Shown one piece after another: positions 1 through 12,265 of a stretch of 64,000 nucleotides of DNA. The notes below the pieces were generated by a model. It ran no database searches. It was not told the origin of the DNA and saw only the letters and a program-made list of their open reading frames with translations. Within the stretch, counting starts at the first letter, position 1; every line of letters starts with the position of its first letter. The position numbers were made by a program, and so were the translations under genes. Where the stretch lies: the NCBI GenBank assembly GCA_001179505.1, contig CDMY01000403.1, forward strand, positions 1 to 64,000. Direction: 5' to 3'. Source of the DNA: Vitrella brassicaformis CCMP3155 (lineage: Eukaryota > Protista > Chromerida).

Positions 1-336
1 GGCGCACTGATGGATGGAACGACAATGGCGGTCCAGAGTCTTCCCTCCCTTCATCAGCGCAGCGGTATATACACCACGACATGCGCACGAGAAACCCGTT
101 GATTCACTCCCATACTCATGATTGACGTGTCATCTCATGCATCCTGCAGCACTAGGAAATGCCCATGGACGTATCTTTGAGCTAGTGTCATCGCTTCCGC
201 CTTCATTGCCACACACCCAACGACCAACCAGCAAGGTAGGGATGCCTGTGAGCACGAGCAGCTTGACAAACAAATCGAGTGTGTGTCTGCATCCCTTGTG
301 TGTCAGGTTGGCTGGTGAGATTGGCAGTGCGTGCAC

Positions 337-939
337 TCATAGTAGCATCATGCACACGATGAGCAAGAGTAGTCCAGTGTAGCCCAGACCCGTTGCTTTC
401 TGGTTGAGGTACCACACAGCCAGGGTACAGATAGACGGATAGACGATAGCAGTCATAGTCAGGTTGATGACAAACGTTGCTGCGCATCCTAAGCAAGATG
501 CCACATAGCTGACGAATGCCGTTGTCATAGCAGTCATCTGCGTCACCATGGTTGTCAGGGTCGTCAGTAGATACCCCATATAAACAGCCACATAAACAAC
601 GAGCAGATGGGCCACATAATAGACGATAAGCACAACCACACAGCTTGTGAAGACGGGAAGCATAAAGAAGCAACACTTGACGTAGCAGCCTCGCGCGACT
701 TTGTTCAGCCACGTCAGGAACTTCTGTGTCCTCTGTTTTGACATCAGCACCCAGACAGTGACGTAAGTTACCGCCAGTGCCAGGGCGTTCGGCCAGTCGA
801 TAGTGAAGTCCCCTATATGCAGCTCCAGCTTCTGAGCCACAGAGCAGTGTCCTTGATAGCCATAAGCGTGCCGGGTGCCCCATTGCAGAGGTCGAGGCCC
901 ACAGCAGCTAGTAGCAGCCAGAGGAGAGACAACCCGGGG
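337..939 (-). CDS. Hypothetical multi-pass membrane protein (single open exon; start not defined)
   Basis: Frame is open from 939 to a TGA at 337-339. It has several long hydrophobic segments (e.g. FFMLPVFTSCVVVLIVYYVAHLLVVYVAVYMGYLL). No family recognised. Confidence 0.35.
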   Translation of the reverse strand, partial: PRVVSPLAATSCCGPRPLQWGTRHAYGYQGHCSVAQKLELHIGDFTIDWPNALALAVTYVTVWVLMSKQRTQKFLTWLNKVARGCYVKCCFFMLPVFTSCVVVLIVYYVAHLLVVYVAVYMGYLLTTLTTMVTQMTAMTTAFVSYVASCLGCAATFVINLTMTAIVYPSICTLAVWYLNQKATGLGYTGLLLLIVCMMLL

Positions 940-1442
940 TCAGTCAGGTAATGTCCCAGCCGCAACGACAGACGAAAGAAGGCGGCTAGGTAAAGATCAG
1001 AGAAAACCTGAGCTCATCTTTGTGAGACACGGCCAGAGAGTGTTTGCTTCTTCTGTCTCTCTCAGTCAGTGAGTTGTCTTTGTCGGTTTCTGCTGTGTGT
1101 CCGCCAGTCACCAAGCGCTTCGGCTCTTAACCTGTCGGATAAATAGCGTGCTCAAGTTGCTCGTAGAGTAGTTGATGACCAAGCAGATGGAGTCAGAGTC
1201 TTTTCTCTTTGGAAAGACCCAGTGTGTAACGCACTGCAAGGCTATGGCGTTGGGCCCAGAATAGCAGGCTCCGTTTCACGAAGCTACCTAGCCCCAGACG
1301 GAATTCCGTGGGTCAGACGGTATTTCGGTGGGCTCTGCTGCTCGTTTGACGTAGCAGCCTAAGCTCGGGCTTGAGTGCCCTTCGACATTGCGGACAATCT
1401 TACCCTTAACCACCACCTATATGTTGCTGATCTTTGCTATTG

Positions 1443-2159
1443 ATGGCGTCTGACTCATCAGCGTCGCCTCCTCGTTCGCCCTCGCTGCTGACAAAGGAGG
1501 CCTACTGGTCCTCATTCTATACGGACGAGCAGCACACGTACGAGTCGTCAGGCAACGAGGGCGAGGAATGGTTCGAGGGCCAGGTCGACAACATCGTTGA
1601 ATGGCTCGTCAACGACCTCATCGGGCCCTCTCGCGCGCCGACGCTGTCTGTTCTCGATGTCGGCATGGGCAACGGGCTGTTCCTGGCGCGGCTGGTGGAC
1701 GAGGGCTTCACGAATCTGCACGGCATCGACTATGCCGAGTCGGCAGTGCAGTTCGCGCGGCGGCTGATGGAGGACAGGAGGGGCGACTGGCCTGACGGTG
1801 TGAGTGTGCGGTTCGACCGGCTTGACGTGCTGGCTTGTGAAGAGGAGCTGAGGGCGGTGCTGCGGGAGGGGGGCTACTCGCTGGTGCACGACAAGGGCAC
1901 ATTCGACGTCATGTGGATGAGAGGACAGGCGGGCGACGATTCTGCGATTGAGGGGTACCTTCGCTTCCTCGATTGTGCGGTTGCGGCCGAGGGGCTGTTT
2001 GTGGTGACGTCGTGCAACTGCACTGATGAGGAGCTCCAAGCGACGTTCGGTGGTTCGTTTGAGCATGTGTCATCGCTGGCGCATCCGTCGCTAGCCTTTG
2101 GGGGGCAGACAGGGCAAGTTGTGAGCACTGTAGCGTTCAAACGAAGACAGACGGACTGA
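1443..2159 (+). CDS. EFM4: Protein-lysine N-methyltransferase, EFM4/METTL10 (EEF1AKMT2) family; intronless
   Basis: N-terminal TKEAYWSSFY..E...GEEWF, SAM motif I VLDVGMGNG, GIDYAESAV, HDKGTFD, VVTSCN and C-terminal LAFGGQTG match this family. Confidence 0.85.
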   Translation: MASDSSASPPRSPSLLTKEAYWSSFYTDEQHTYESSGNEGEEWFEGQVDNIVEWLVNDLIGPSRAPTLSVLDVGMGNGLFLARLVDEGFTNLHGIDYAESAVQFARRLMEDRRGDWPDGVSVRFDRLDVLACEEELRAVLREGGYSLVHDKGTFDVMWMRGQAGDDSAIEGYLRFLDCAVAAEGLFVVTSCNCTDEELQATFGGSFEHVSSLAHPSLAFGGQTGQVVSTVAFKRRQTD

Positions 2160-2635
2160 GAGCGAGCGTTGGCTGTCGGCTGCTGGCTGTTATATATGTG
2201 CCTTGCCTTAGAGCAACTGGTGCGTGGTGTGATGTTTATGGGCCATTCATGCAGTCAGTCACGTGTCAGTCTTGGGATCTCTGTCTGTTGTGTCAGATCA
2301 AAGGTTGTTTCATAACACTTGGACACGGTTCAATCCATGGTGTTAAGTCACAGCTGTCCTCTCGCATGCACACCGATGGGCAAACGAAGGACAACTTGTG
2401 AAATGCAGCACAGCTCATTGATGGAAAAAAAGGCTGAACTCTTCAAGAGCTTGCAAAGCTAACGAACAGACTCGTCGTCTCGGCACTCGTCTTGGTCACG
2501 GAAAGTTGACTGCAGGCTGACCATCTTGTCGGGCTCCTGCTTGACGACCCCGAGCAGAATCGGCACTTCGCTGTCATCATTGGCGAGGTTTTTCATCCCA
2601 CTCCGCATCCCGCCCCACCCACTCTCAGACACCTG

Positions 2636-3504
2636 ATGATCTACTCTGCCGGCCAGGCAGCCGCGGGCGGTTGGTGCCACTGGGGTTGGTGAGACAGGAC
2701 TCATCTGTCGGGCTGAGGAGAAAGGACACCACATTACAGACAACAGCAAATGACACAAGGTCATCCATCCAGTCACACGATGCGTACCCGATAGATCTTG
2801 ACAGCGACTCTTTTGTTCTGTAACGGGATCAGGGAGCAGTAGAACCCCCTAGCCTCCCCCTTCACCTCCTGGCGCACCATGCCGAACAGCATGGCAACCT
2901 TTCCTATGTCGCCTGGGAAAGCCTTAATCTCCGCCGCGTCAGGCCCCCCAACCCACTCAGCCGCAGCGATGATCAGCTCCTCATACGGGACCTCTGCGTA
3001 GCTGTGTATGCTGATCTCCCGGCGCACCTGAACCAGAAGCCCCAGTGCGACCTTGTTGGCCACGCGCCGCATTGCCTCGTCCCTCCGCGAGGCTCGCTCC
3101 TGTTCCGATGGCGGCGGGCCCTGCAAATCACTCTCAGACACCTGATGCACACGTCACCAACGAATCGCATCTCAGTGGCTGCGCAGGCGAACGAGTGTGT
3201 GCTCGTGCGGTGTGCGTGTGGTTACATCGATGCCGAAGAAGCGCATCTCGCGGATCAGCTTGCGCGTGTCGACGGAGGCGTCGATGAGCAGCGGCAGTCC
3301 ATCCCGGTAGTAGTCGAGTACATGGGAAAACAGCGCCGGGTCACGGTCGATGAAGACGGGCTGGCCTTGTTGGATCAGCTAATACTCGGCCGTCGACTCG
3401 TTGGTCACCAGCTGCCCCAGCAGCGTGTGTGGGTGGATGGCCAGTGTCGACTTGGCCACACTGAACTCACGACCGCCGATATTCAAGCGAACGAAGCTCG
3501 TCAT
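2636..3504 (-). repeat. Inverted dispersed duplication of the BTB locus (partner 12266-13138, + strand)
   Basis: Exon 1, the intron, exon 2 and a 3' block (…ccgcccgcggctgcctggcc(g/a)gcagagtagatcat) are alignable by eye. Confidence 0.85.
2773..3504 (-). pseudogene. BTB/POZ (KCTD/T1-type) domain gene with premature TAG; inverted paralogue of 12266-12995
   Basis: ATG at 3504, VRLNIGGREF...FIDRDPALFSHVLDYYRDG motif. Codon 42 (3381-3379) is TAG where the paralogue has CAG. Intron 3225-3142 is at the same position as in the paralogue. Confidence 0.75.
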
Positions 3505-3559
3505 CTGCAGAGATCAACACACACAGAGATTAGCTGGTGCTCCACTGCTCCTCATTTCT

Positions 3560-3569
3560 AAGCTCGCAA
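3560..3569 (+). promoter_or_regulatory. Candidate promoter motif AAGCTCGCAA (second copy, reverse strand, at 3686-3695)
   Basis: Lies in the BTB-pseudogene/HAD divergent intergenic region. Confidence 0.45.
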
Positions 3570-3886
3570 ATGGAATCCACTGAGCATTTTGTCCACAGAA
3601 TGGTGCATTCTTCGCTCACACCGGCTCAATGACACGTCAAGGACACTGTCCCATCCTTCGTTGAGCGTTTGAAGTGCCAGATTTTTTGCGAGCTCGGCCC
3701 CATTGATCGACACTATTTCAAACTCGACAGCCCTCTCCTTCCTGTTCCGAGGCGTAAAAGGTTGCCGCCCCACTGTAATCAGTGGACAGAGACCTTTTCG
3801 GGCAGCCGCAAGGGCTTGAAAGTGGCCTTCCGCCGCCGGGGCCCCGAGAAGAAGGGCCTGACCGATCTCCCCGCCCTCTGGCCGTG

Positions 3887-5117
3887 ATGCCGGCCAACGA
3901 AGAGGGTGAGTGGTGCCTGGGTGGGGGGGCTTGGCCACTCATTGCAAGGGCTGGATGCATCGATGATTGCATGGATGGAATCTCCCCGGCCCCTGTCCTT
4001 CTCACTCCATCCGCATATGTGCCTATGTGTGTGCGTATGTGGGTGCCTGACTCAGTGCAGGTGAGCCTGCTGACCCCCGTGCCACTGCCAGCCGTCCCCC
4101 CAGCTTCACCGTCTTCCTCTTCGACTATGATGACACGTACGCCAGACACTATCAATTGAGAGCTAAATGCATCATCCATCCCCGTGCTGCTGTATGTGTA
4201 TCTGTCCTCTCTCGGTGCTCTGTGCAGCCTGTTCCCCACCTCGGCCCACGACAACGTGGAGGAGGCGGTCCGCGAAGGGACGATGACAGATGAGGAGGGA
4301 CGGGCCAGACTCGCCAAGTGCGCCGCATCGGCGCTGCGGCTGCTGGAGCGGTGCGTCCTGAGGGGGCAGATCATCATCTGCTCCAATGGCGACCGCTCCT
4401 GGTCAGTGGGNNNNNNNNNNNNNNNNNNNNNNNNNNNNNNNNNNNNNNNNNNNNNNNNNNNNNNNNNNNNNNNNNNNNNNNNNNNNNNNNNNNNNNNNNN
4501 NNNNNNNNNNNNNNNNNNNNNNNNNNNNNNNNNNNNNNNNNNNNNNNNNNNNNNNNNNNNNNNNNNNNNNNNNNNNNNNNNNNNNNNNNNNNNNNNNNNN
4601 NNNNNNNNNNNNNNNNNNNNNNNNNNNNNNNNNNNNNNNNNNNNNNNNNNNNNNNNNNNNNNNNNNNNNNNNNNNNNNNNNNNNNNNNNNNNNNNNNNNN
4701 NNNNNNNNNNGTGTGTGTGTGTGTGTGTGTGTGTGCCAATATGCAGGCTGGCGGAGTCGCTGGACGGGGAGGCCTATCAGGAGCTGAGGCAGTTCCTGAA
4801 GGCCAGGGCCATCCCCGTCCTGTCGGCCAGGCAGCACGCCACGCTGCAGGGACTCATCGAGTACGACTCCGGGGTGTGGAAGGTCGGCACCTGGGAGCTG
4901 GGAGAGGGAGACACCTTCCCGGGATGATCTCTGTCTGTGTCTCTCTGTTTGTGTGTGTGTTGGGTGTGATGCAGAGGTCGTGCTTCGGCGAGATCCTGGC
5001 GTCCTTACGCCAGCAGGGGGTTGCGCCGTCGCACGCCCTGTCGATCGGCGACGCCGAGCACGACCTCAGCGCCCTGGAGCGGAATAAAGAGTAGGGCTCG
5101 ATGGAGCCAGCGTCGCA

Positions 5118-5150
<33 letters not shown>

Positions 5151-6087
5151 GGCTTTGTTTGTGGCTTTGTGGGCTCAGGTACCTGCAGCACGGCGGCATC
5201 ATGACGAAGGTGCAGCTCAAGGACCAGCCCACTGCAGACGACCTCGCCGTGGTCACACACCGAGACTCACACAGACGGAAGCGGTTGATTGATGCGATGC
5301 GGTCGTCCGTGCTGCCTTGCTTGTGTCTGTCTTTGATGCACTGCAGCAACACTCGGTGCTGACCACCTGCCTAGACGAGCTGCTTGAGGACGACCAGACG
5401 GACAACTATGAGATGGCACAGATAACACACACATCCACACGCCGCACCTCTTTATGCCTTTTGTGGTGTGTGTGTGTGTGTTTGGTGGGAGTAGGCGTTT
5501 GAGAGGGAGAAGGGCGAGGACGGCGCCTTCGTGGGTGTGAGCCTCACGGCCATCGAGGACCCCAACATGAAGGACCCCGAGACCTAGTGGGTGTAGTGAA
5601 GGGCCGGCCACCCAATACACACGCATACACACATCCACACAAAGAGACATGTCTCCTCCTTCCTCTCTGTCATTTCTTTGTCGACTCCAGCTTTTCGATG
5701 TTTGACGAGGACACCACCACCATCTGCCCCCCCACCGCAAGCCCCTCACAGAGCATCGCACTCATCAACATATGGGACCACCAGCAGCCGACTGGCAGCT
5801 GCAGCGGGACTGCCAAACGCAAGAGGGACACTGACACTGACACTGGCGCTGAGGGTGTCGAGGGCGAGGGGACGGCGAAGCACCTGCGTCCCGCAGGGGA
5901 CTGTGATAACCATCTGGGGTGGGGCGACAGAGAGAGCGAGATGGCCGCCCTGCAGCAGATGCTGAGCTGGTACGAGGAGGACGGTGAGAGCGAGTCGTCG
6001 GAGGGGAGCAGCGACGATTCCTCGTCAGAGGAGGAGAGTGAGAGGTCTGATACAGACGGTGAGGGGGAGCTGCAGAAGGGGGAGTGA
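3887..6087 (+). CDS. HAD-superfamily hydrolase-like protein (protist FDxDDT-L type, similar to the apicomplexan HADO family), multi-exon, acidic tail
   Basis: Spliced MPANEEG|EPAD…FTVFLFDYDDT|LFPTS (HAD motif I), IIICSNGDRSW (motif II), VLSAR, LSIGDAEHDLSAL (motif IV), TKVQLKDQPT. One intron contains the N gap. Confidence 0.7.
4411..4710. other. Assembly gap (300 N) inside an intron
   Basis: Run of N flanked by GT-rich microsatellite. The equivalent intron in the paralogue near 34953-35010 is only about 60 nt, so the true gap is probably short. Confidence 0.95.
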
Positions 6088-8140
6088 ATCCGTACATGGA
6101 CAAGGCAGGTGGGCTGGGCGGGATGGCTGCGGGTACGAGAGAGAGTGTGTGTGGGTGATGTGAGTGACTAGACAGACAGAGAGACCCTCATCGGCTGCCT
6201 TGCCGGCCGGCCTGGATTCATGGATGGATGGATGGATGAACGGTGTCATCAGAGACAGACAGTGCTCATGGATGGTGTCAGACGAGAGATTGACTTGCCT
6301 GCAGCACTGACGTCAAGACGTCACGGTCTATCCATTCCATTGGTCCTCCGAGCGTCCCTCCCCTGTCAGTCAGTCAGTCTGGCTGGCCATCCCTCACTAA
6401 CTACACCCATCCCTCAACCCCCGCCCTGACGAGAAACCTCCGACGCACAATCCTCAATCAGTTACCGACCGCTCACACGCATGCACGCACACAGAACAAA
6501 CCAACAGCGAGAGAAAGGGAAACAAACCGAACAGTCATGAGCCCGCACGTTGATGCGTTCATGCCCGCCGGTGTGTCGTCACAGGAAAGGCGGGCATCAC
6601 CAGCATCAGGGAGGGAGGGAGGAAGGGAAAACCCATCCGTCATGGGTGGATAGGGGTGGGAAGCGGGGGGAGGGGGGGACACGGCAACACACAGGCATTC
6701 ACACAGAATACACACAGAGGGGGACGGGTGGTAGAGTGGAGACGAGGGTGTACCCACAGACAAACACGGAGCGCCCCTTCAACGGTATTCCCAATGAAGG
6801 AGCAGCCACAGACAACATCCATACGCACAGATGAAGACGAGTAGCCCTGTCCATCCGTAGGCGGTCGCATCGGCAGTACCGTTTATCCACCCTGCCCACA
6901 CCCAAACCCAAGATCGCTCACAAGCAATCTGGGAGCGGGGTAGGGGGCGGCTGGTACAACACTACTACCCCCGGACAGCCAGATGGACAACCAGCTCTTG
7001 GCCCCCACCAACCATCAGAAACAGAAATGCACTCCGCAACCACGGGGCAGACATCTTGCTGAGATGTAGCTCTCTTTCCCCCCTCGCTTGACTGACCGGT
7101 TACCCCCCTCAGGCACCAGCCCCCATCTGATGCAAATGCCACATGCTTAGGCGACATCCACAACTGATGCAGTCAGGTGAGTGAGGGAAGGTGACCGACG
7201 CTGTCGGTCGGCATGCCGAGGGACGCTAGGTAACACGAGACAATGAGTGATGTGTGAATGAATGGACGCGGAAAAACTCGCTGATGGAAGCGAAGCCATC
7301 CCTCTCGTACTCATCTCTATCTCTCTTTGTCTGATCTCTTCCTCTCTCTGGTGGTGCGTCCGCACACTATCGGCCAATATGTGTACGGTACGCGCATCGC
7401 ATCGCATTGGGTCCAGTCCAGTGCAATGAATGAGGGACCCCTCTTAGAAGGAATGCATGACGCTGTGTGGCTCTCTCCCAACAAGCGGAAGGTGGGCAAA
7501 TGCTCTCTCTCTCTCTCTCTCTCTGCCTCTCTTCTGAAGCCTCATAGTGACGACGGGTGGAGTGGGGGAGCCGCAGGGGTGACGGGTGGAAGGAGGGGGG
7601 ACAGATAGAGTGATACACAGGGAGGGAGCCATAGGAATCAAGACACCGAACAGACATACGGGGGGCTTCCACTGGGGAGTACAGACAGACATCCACTCGT
7701 GCAAGGGGACACACACACACACACACACATACATACACCACACCACACCACACATACGGGCACTTATGCGATGGATGGATGGATGTGGGACTACAAAACG
7801 ACGATGTCGTCGATGCGATAGCTACATGTAAAGAGATCATGCAGCTAGTTAGAATGTAATGTGATGGAGCAATGCGCGCTTCCCCAGACAAACCGGGCGC
7901 ACGCACACGCCATACCACAGGCAGAGACTTAAGGGGACAGACAGACAGACATACCGACCGACCGACAGAGAGAGACACACATAGACAGACAGCGAGACAC
8001 ACAGCCTACTAGAAACATGGACACACAGAACAGCCACTCACACACAGCCCCCTCTCTCCTCTCTCCTCATCTCATCCAAACCGGCATCTCTCTGCCCAAT
8101 CGCAATCTCTCGCATCCCATATGTGTGTGTGTGTGATTCT

Positions 8141-11100
8141 CTACGCGACGGTCTCGATGGCCTCCATGGGAATGGGCCCGATGGCGCCCACCCATCCGTT
8201 AAGCCCCGTGCTGTCCTCATCCTCGAGACGGAACATCTGATCGTCTGGTCACACACACACACACACACAACACAGAGACGGTCATTCGTCAGTTGGCTGT
8301 GATGAGAGGGTGTCCTGTGGGTGTGGGTGGGGGTGGGTGTGGGCGTGGGCGTCTTACTCTCTCCGTAAGGATGCTGGCACACCGCACTCAGGTAGGCGAA
8401 GCCGTTGATGTTGGTGTTCCTGCGTATTCATGACACATCCATCCATCCATCAAACACAAAGCACGTCGCTGAGTGTGTGGCCACAATCCATCCATCCACA
8501 CCAGTAGACAGCGGTGGTCTCAGCGCCGAACGGGCAGGTGAAGATGCGCGTCAGTTCGGTCTTGTTGCCCAGCTGCGCACACACATTGACACACACACAC
8601 ACACATATGCGGCCAAGTGTGGCCATCAAGAGAGCGACACATGCGCACCTGGTCGTCCCACATGAAGTTGTTGATGTGGTAGCCGGTGTCCTCGCCAATC
8701 ACCAGCACCTTGAACGAGGGGATGAACGCGATGTTGTCGGGGTTGCTGCACCCAGTCAACATCACCACACACAGCCACACACAGGGAGCCGATCAGACTC
8801 GCCTGACCGTGCTGTCAACACACGCACCTGATGCCCGCGACGTCGCAATAGTTCTCTGGTACGGTCGTGTTCGGACGGCCGCACACCTTCACACACACAC
8901 ACACACACACACGTATGTGTTGAGACAGACAGGATTGCACGCGTGTGTTGTGTTGTGTGGATCTCATCCCACTCACCTCAGGGTACATCCTGACGGTGGT
9001 ATACTCGGAGATGTCGGTGGCCTCGACCGGCAGAGCGTACACACAACCACACTGGACACACACGCACACACACAGACGCGGGCCCATGAAGGGGGGGCCA
9101 ACATGGCGACCGACACGCACGCGTGTGTACCCACCTGGTTGTACTCGACGGTGATGGCGTTGGGGCCGCCGATGTCGTATTGCAGGTCGGGCTCTGAAGG
9201 CGCACCACACACACACATACAGACAGACAGACACCTCGATGTGCAGGTGGGTTGCAGACGCCGACACAGACACACACACTCACCGCCCTTCCTCTTGTTG
9301 TCCTCCATGCCGTAGCGCACGTCGCTCATCGCTATGTACAGGCTGACAGTCATCACACACACGTGCTTGCAGGTGTCCATGTCTGTCTGTCTGTCTGTCT
9401 GCTGCTCACATGCTCAGCTCGGGGGCGAAGGTCATGCCTTCCCACTGCACACAAGAACACACACCACACACAAACGCCCTCGTACCTCTCTCTGTCCACA
9501 GACATTGTCTTGTCTGGATGCAGTGGAAGGCACGCACCTTGCTGAACTCGGTCGTGCCGCCGAGCATGGCGGAGTATCTTCTGGCCTCGAAGAAGGCCGC
9601 CGCCACCTCCATGCCCTCACGCAGACTCAGGCACTCCCAACCTGGGATGGATGCGCGCACCAACACACACACAGAGCTCACACACGTGCACAGCGGTAGT
9701 GTGTGTGTGTGTGTGTGTTGTGTATACAGGTGTACCGTTGAGCGTGTTGATGGACGTGAACCCGTCTTCGCAGCTCTCGGTCTCCTCGATGGGCTCAGAC
9801 ACGTCAAAGATATCGAAGAACGTCGTGTTGGCCTCAATCAGCTGCACACACACACATCCCACTGATTTGTGCCCCCGGATGGATGGATGGACGGACGGAT
9901 GCCTACCGCAGCGAGTTCGTCCTGCGTGGCGTGGCCCAGCTTGATCCACTCGATGTCGAACTCCCCGCCGCCCTGCAACGTGGGAGCGAACGTGCATTCA
10001 CACACACACGTGTGCATGGTGGTGGGTGGGGATGAGTGGGAAAGTACCGTGCTGTTGGTCTGCGTGAACTTGGCGGCGTAGAGGGTGGCCGACGAGTAGT
10101 CGTGGGGAGTGTCGAGCACCGCCATGTGCCTGCATAAACAAACGCACCAGACACGCATCGCGTGTGTGTGCGTGTGTGTGCGCGTGTCCGTCACGGGAGT
10201 GTGTCTTCGTGGTTTTACCATACGACATTGGTGCCGTCGTCGCTCATGTAGACGGTGACATTGTCGGGCATCATGTAGCCGAGCTCGTTGGACCGACGAC
10301 CTGCGTGACGTGTGTGCAAGTGGGGGTGTGGTGTAGGTCACCGTCTATGTGTGTGTGAGGGTCGACGTACCGAGAGCATAGTACTTGCTGACATTGGCGT
10401 TGCCCTGGTCATCGAGGTCCATCTGACATACATACACACACGCGTGTCGTGTGATCGTGTGACGCATGGGATAATGGGCGTGAGGGTGCGGTGCATGCTA
10501 TGCTATGCTATGCTATGTGCAGAGAGAGACATCTAGTCTAGTGGGTCGGTGCGTTCGTTCTCCCTCCCACCCCCCTGCCCTACCCCGACAATGTATCCGT
10601 ATTTGTAGGGGTTGAAGGTGCTCTTGATCGCGTCGGCCGTCAGGTTGACCTCGTTGTAGTAGCCGAAATACCTACACACACACACACACACACACACCCA
10701 TATAGGTCCACTCCACGCCACAGCCACAAGATACCCACCCTCACCCGACCGACTCACCTCATGTAGTCGATGATGTCTTGCATCTCCGAGGTGGCATCGG
10801 CGAGGCCCTCCTCAGTCAGCTCCATCACCGAGCGGGCGTCAGGCTCGTACTCCTCCCCCAGCAGCCGCGTGCCGGCAGGGGTGACAGAGCCCGCACACGG
10901 GATCTGCACATCAATCATTTTTGCACACGTGCATACAGGTTGTGGTCTTCTTGGCTCACTCCATCCGCTCACCCAGAGGCCGCCCCATTCGGCGAAGTCG
11001 ATGCGCTCGCTCTCCACCGCTGTCAGGTTGCCGTTCTCACTCTGCGCCAACCTCACCTGCACACACATCACATCACACCACATCACATGACCTCACGCAA

Positions 11101-12026
11101 TCCGACAGGCGGGCCATTTGACTGACGGACGGACGGACTGACCTTGTAGAGCTCGCCAGGACGGGGCCTCTCGAATTGGGTGACCTGCATTGGATGCATC
11201 ACCACACACACAAGCACACCAATGTTGTCTCGTCTCGATGTATCTGTATTATCTCGTTTGGAGCATGTGGGCACCATCCATACCATGTAGACCGTCCCGT
11301 CGGGCGTGACGTGGAAAGAGGAGAAGTCGGGGTCGTGCGCTATCGTCGGCGTGAAGGTGCCGTCATCCGCCATCTAAACCAGGGAACCGACCAGCCACAG
11401 CACAGCACAGACGAGTAAGCACATGTGTGTGTGTGTGCGTGTGTGTGCGGCTGGCTCGCTAACGTCATAGACGGGTGTGTTGTTGACGTTCATGACGGCT
11501 CCGAAGGTGTCGCCCTCATAGGGGTGCTCCTCACGCCACTCGGGGCCATCTGCAGGCACCCACACACCAAGACAGACACACACGACAAACGTGTGTAATA
11601 ATTGGGCTGTACGGGTGGCGAGTGCGTAGACTGTCCGGCTGGCTAGCTGGCTGACCTCTGAGGATGTTCATGAAGGAGACGTTGTAGTCCCTGCCGTTGA
11701 TCGTCACCCTCTCGGTGCCCAACACTGCACACACACCACACCCACAAGACACGACAGCCACACAGAGACAAGGTCAAACTATCGACTGACAGATCTGCGC
11801 CCCCCAGTCGAATGCACTGCACGCATCCATCTTCCGCGCACGACCCCCCTCCCCACTGCCATGCGTCCCACCCCCCGCATGCCGCCCTTCTGTGCTCACC
11901 CTGGTGCTGCTGCTCCTTTTCGGGCAGCGGCACATTCTGGAAATGCATCGAGGGATCCGCGACCTGGCACCTCACCACGCCCACCGACGCCAGCAGCAGC
12001 GTCAACACAGCCGTTGCGAAAGTCAT
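8141..12026 (-). CDS. phoX: Secreted PhoX-type (DUF839) alkaline phosphatase, more than 15 introns
   Basis: Signal peptide MTFATAVLTLLLASVGVVRC. Spliced motifs WIPCAGSVTPAGTRLLGEEYEPDAR, FNPYKYG, IEWIKLGHATQDEL, FEARRY, KWEGMTF, NPDNIAF, VIGEDT, GAETT, QHPY. Stop TAG at 8143-8141. Confidence 0.85.
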
Positions 12027-12180
12027 CCCGTGTGCGAAGGGGGAGAGGGTGGAAGGGCGGTGGGAGGCGGTAGATGAAGGGCGGGGCGGTGACAGGTGCG
12101 ATATGGGCAGGGAGATCCGGCCTAGATCCGGCGGAAAGGAGGAGACAGGGGTGCGAAGATTTCAAGCTCGCAGCGGCTTC

Positions 12181-12190
12181 AAGCTCGCAA
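12181..12190 (+). promoter_or_regulatory. Candidate promoter motif AAGCTCGCAA (variant AAGCTCGCAG at 12164-12173)
   Basis: Lies between the phoX ATG (12026) and the BTB ATG (12266). Confidence 0.45.
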
Positions 12191-12265
12191 AAAGGCGGGA
12201 GAGGAGAGAGGAGGGGTGTGGAGAGAGGTAGGCGTTCACCACGGGGGATCGCCACTGGATCTGCT

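Noticed and set aside
130-339. In-frame TGA at 339-337 followed by another 68 open codons (selenocysteine or read-through?)
   Set aside because: The TGA is in a hydrophobic, non-redox context, I found no SECIS, and the downstream sequence looks like CA-rich intron or UTR.
5700-5740. FDEDTTTICPP resembling a second HAD motif I in the HAD gene tail
   Set aside because: It is too short and sits in a low-complexity acidic region with no other HAD motifs following.
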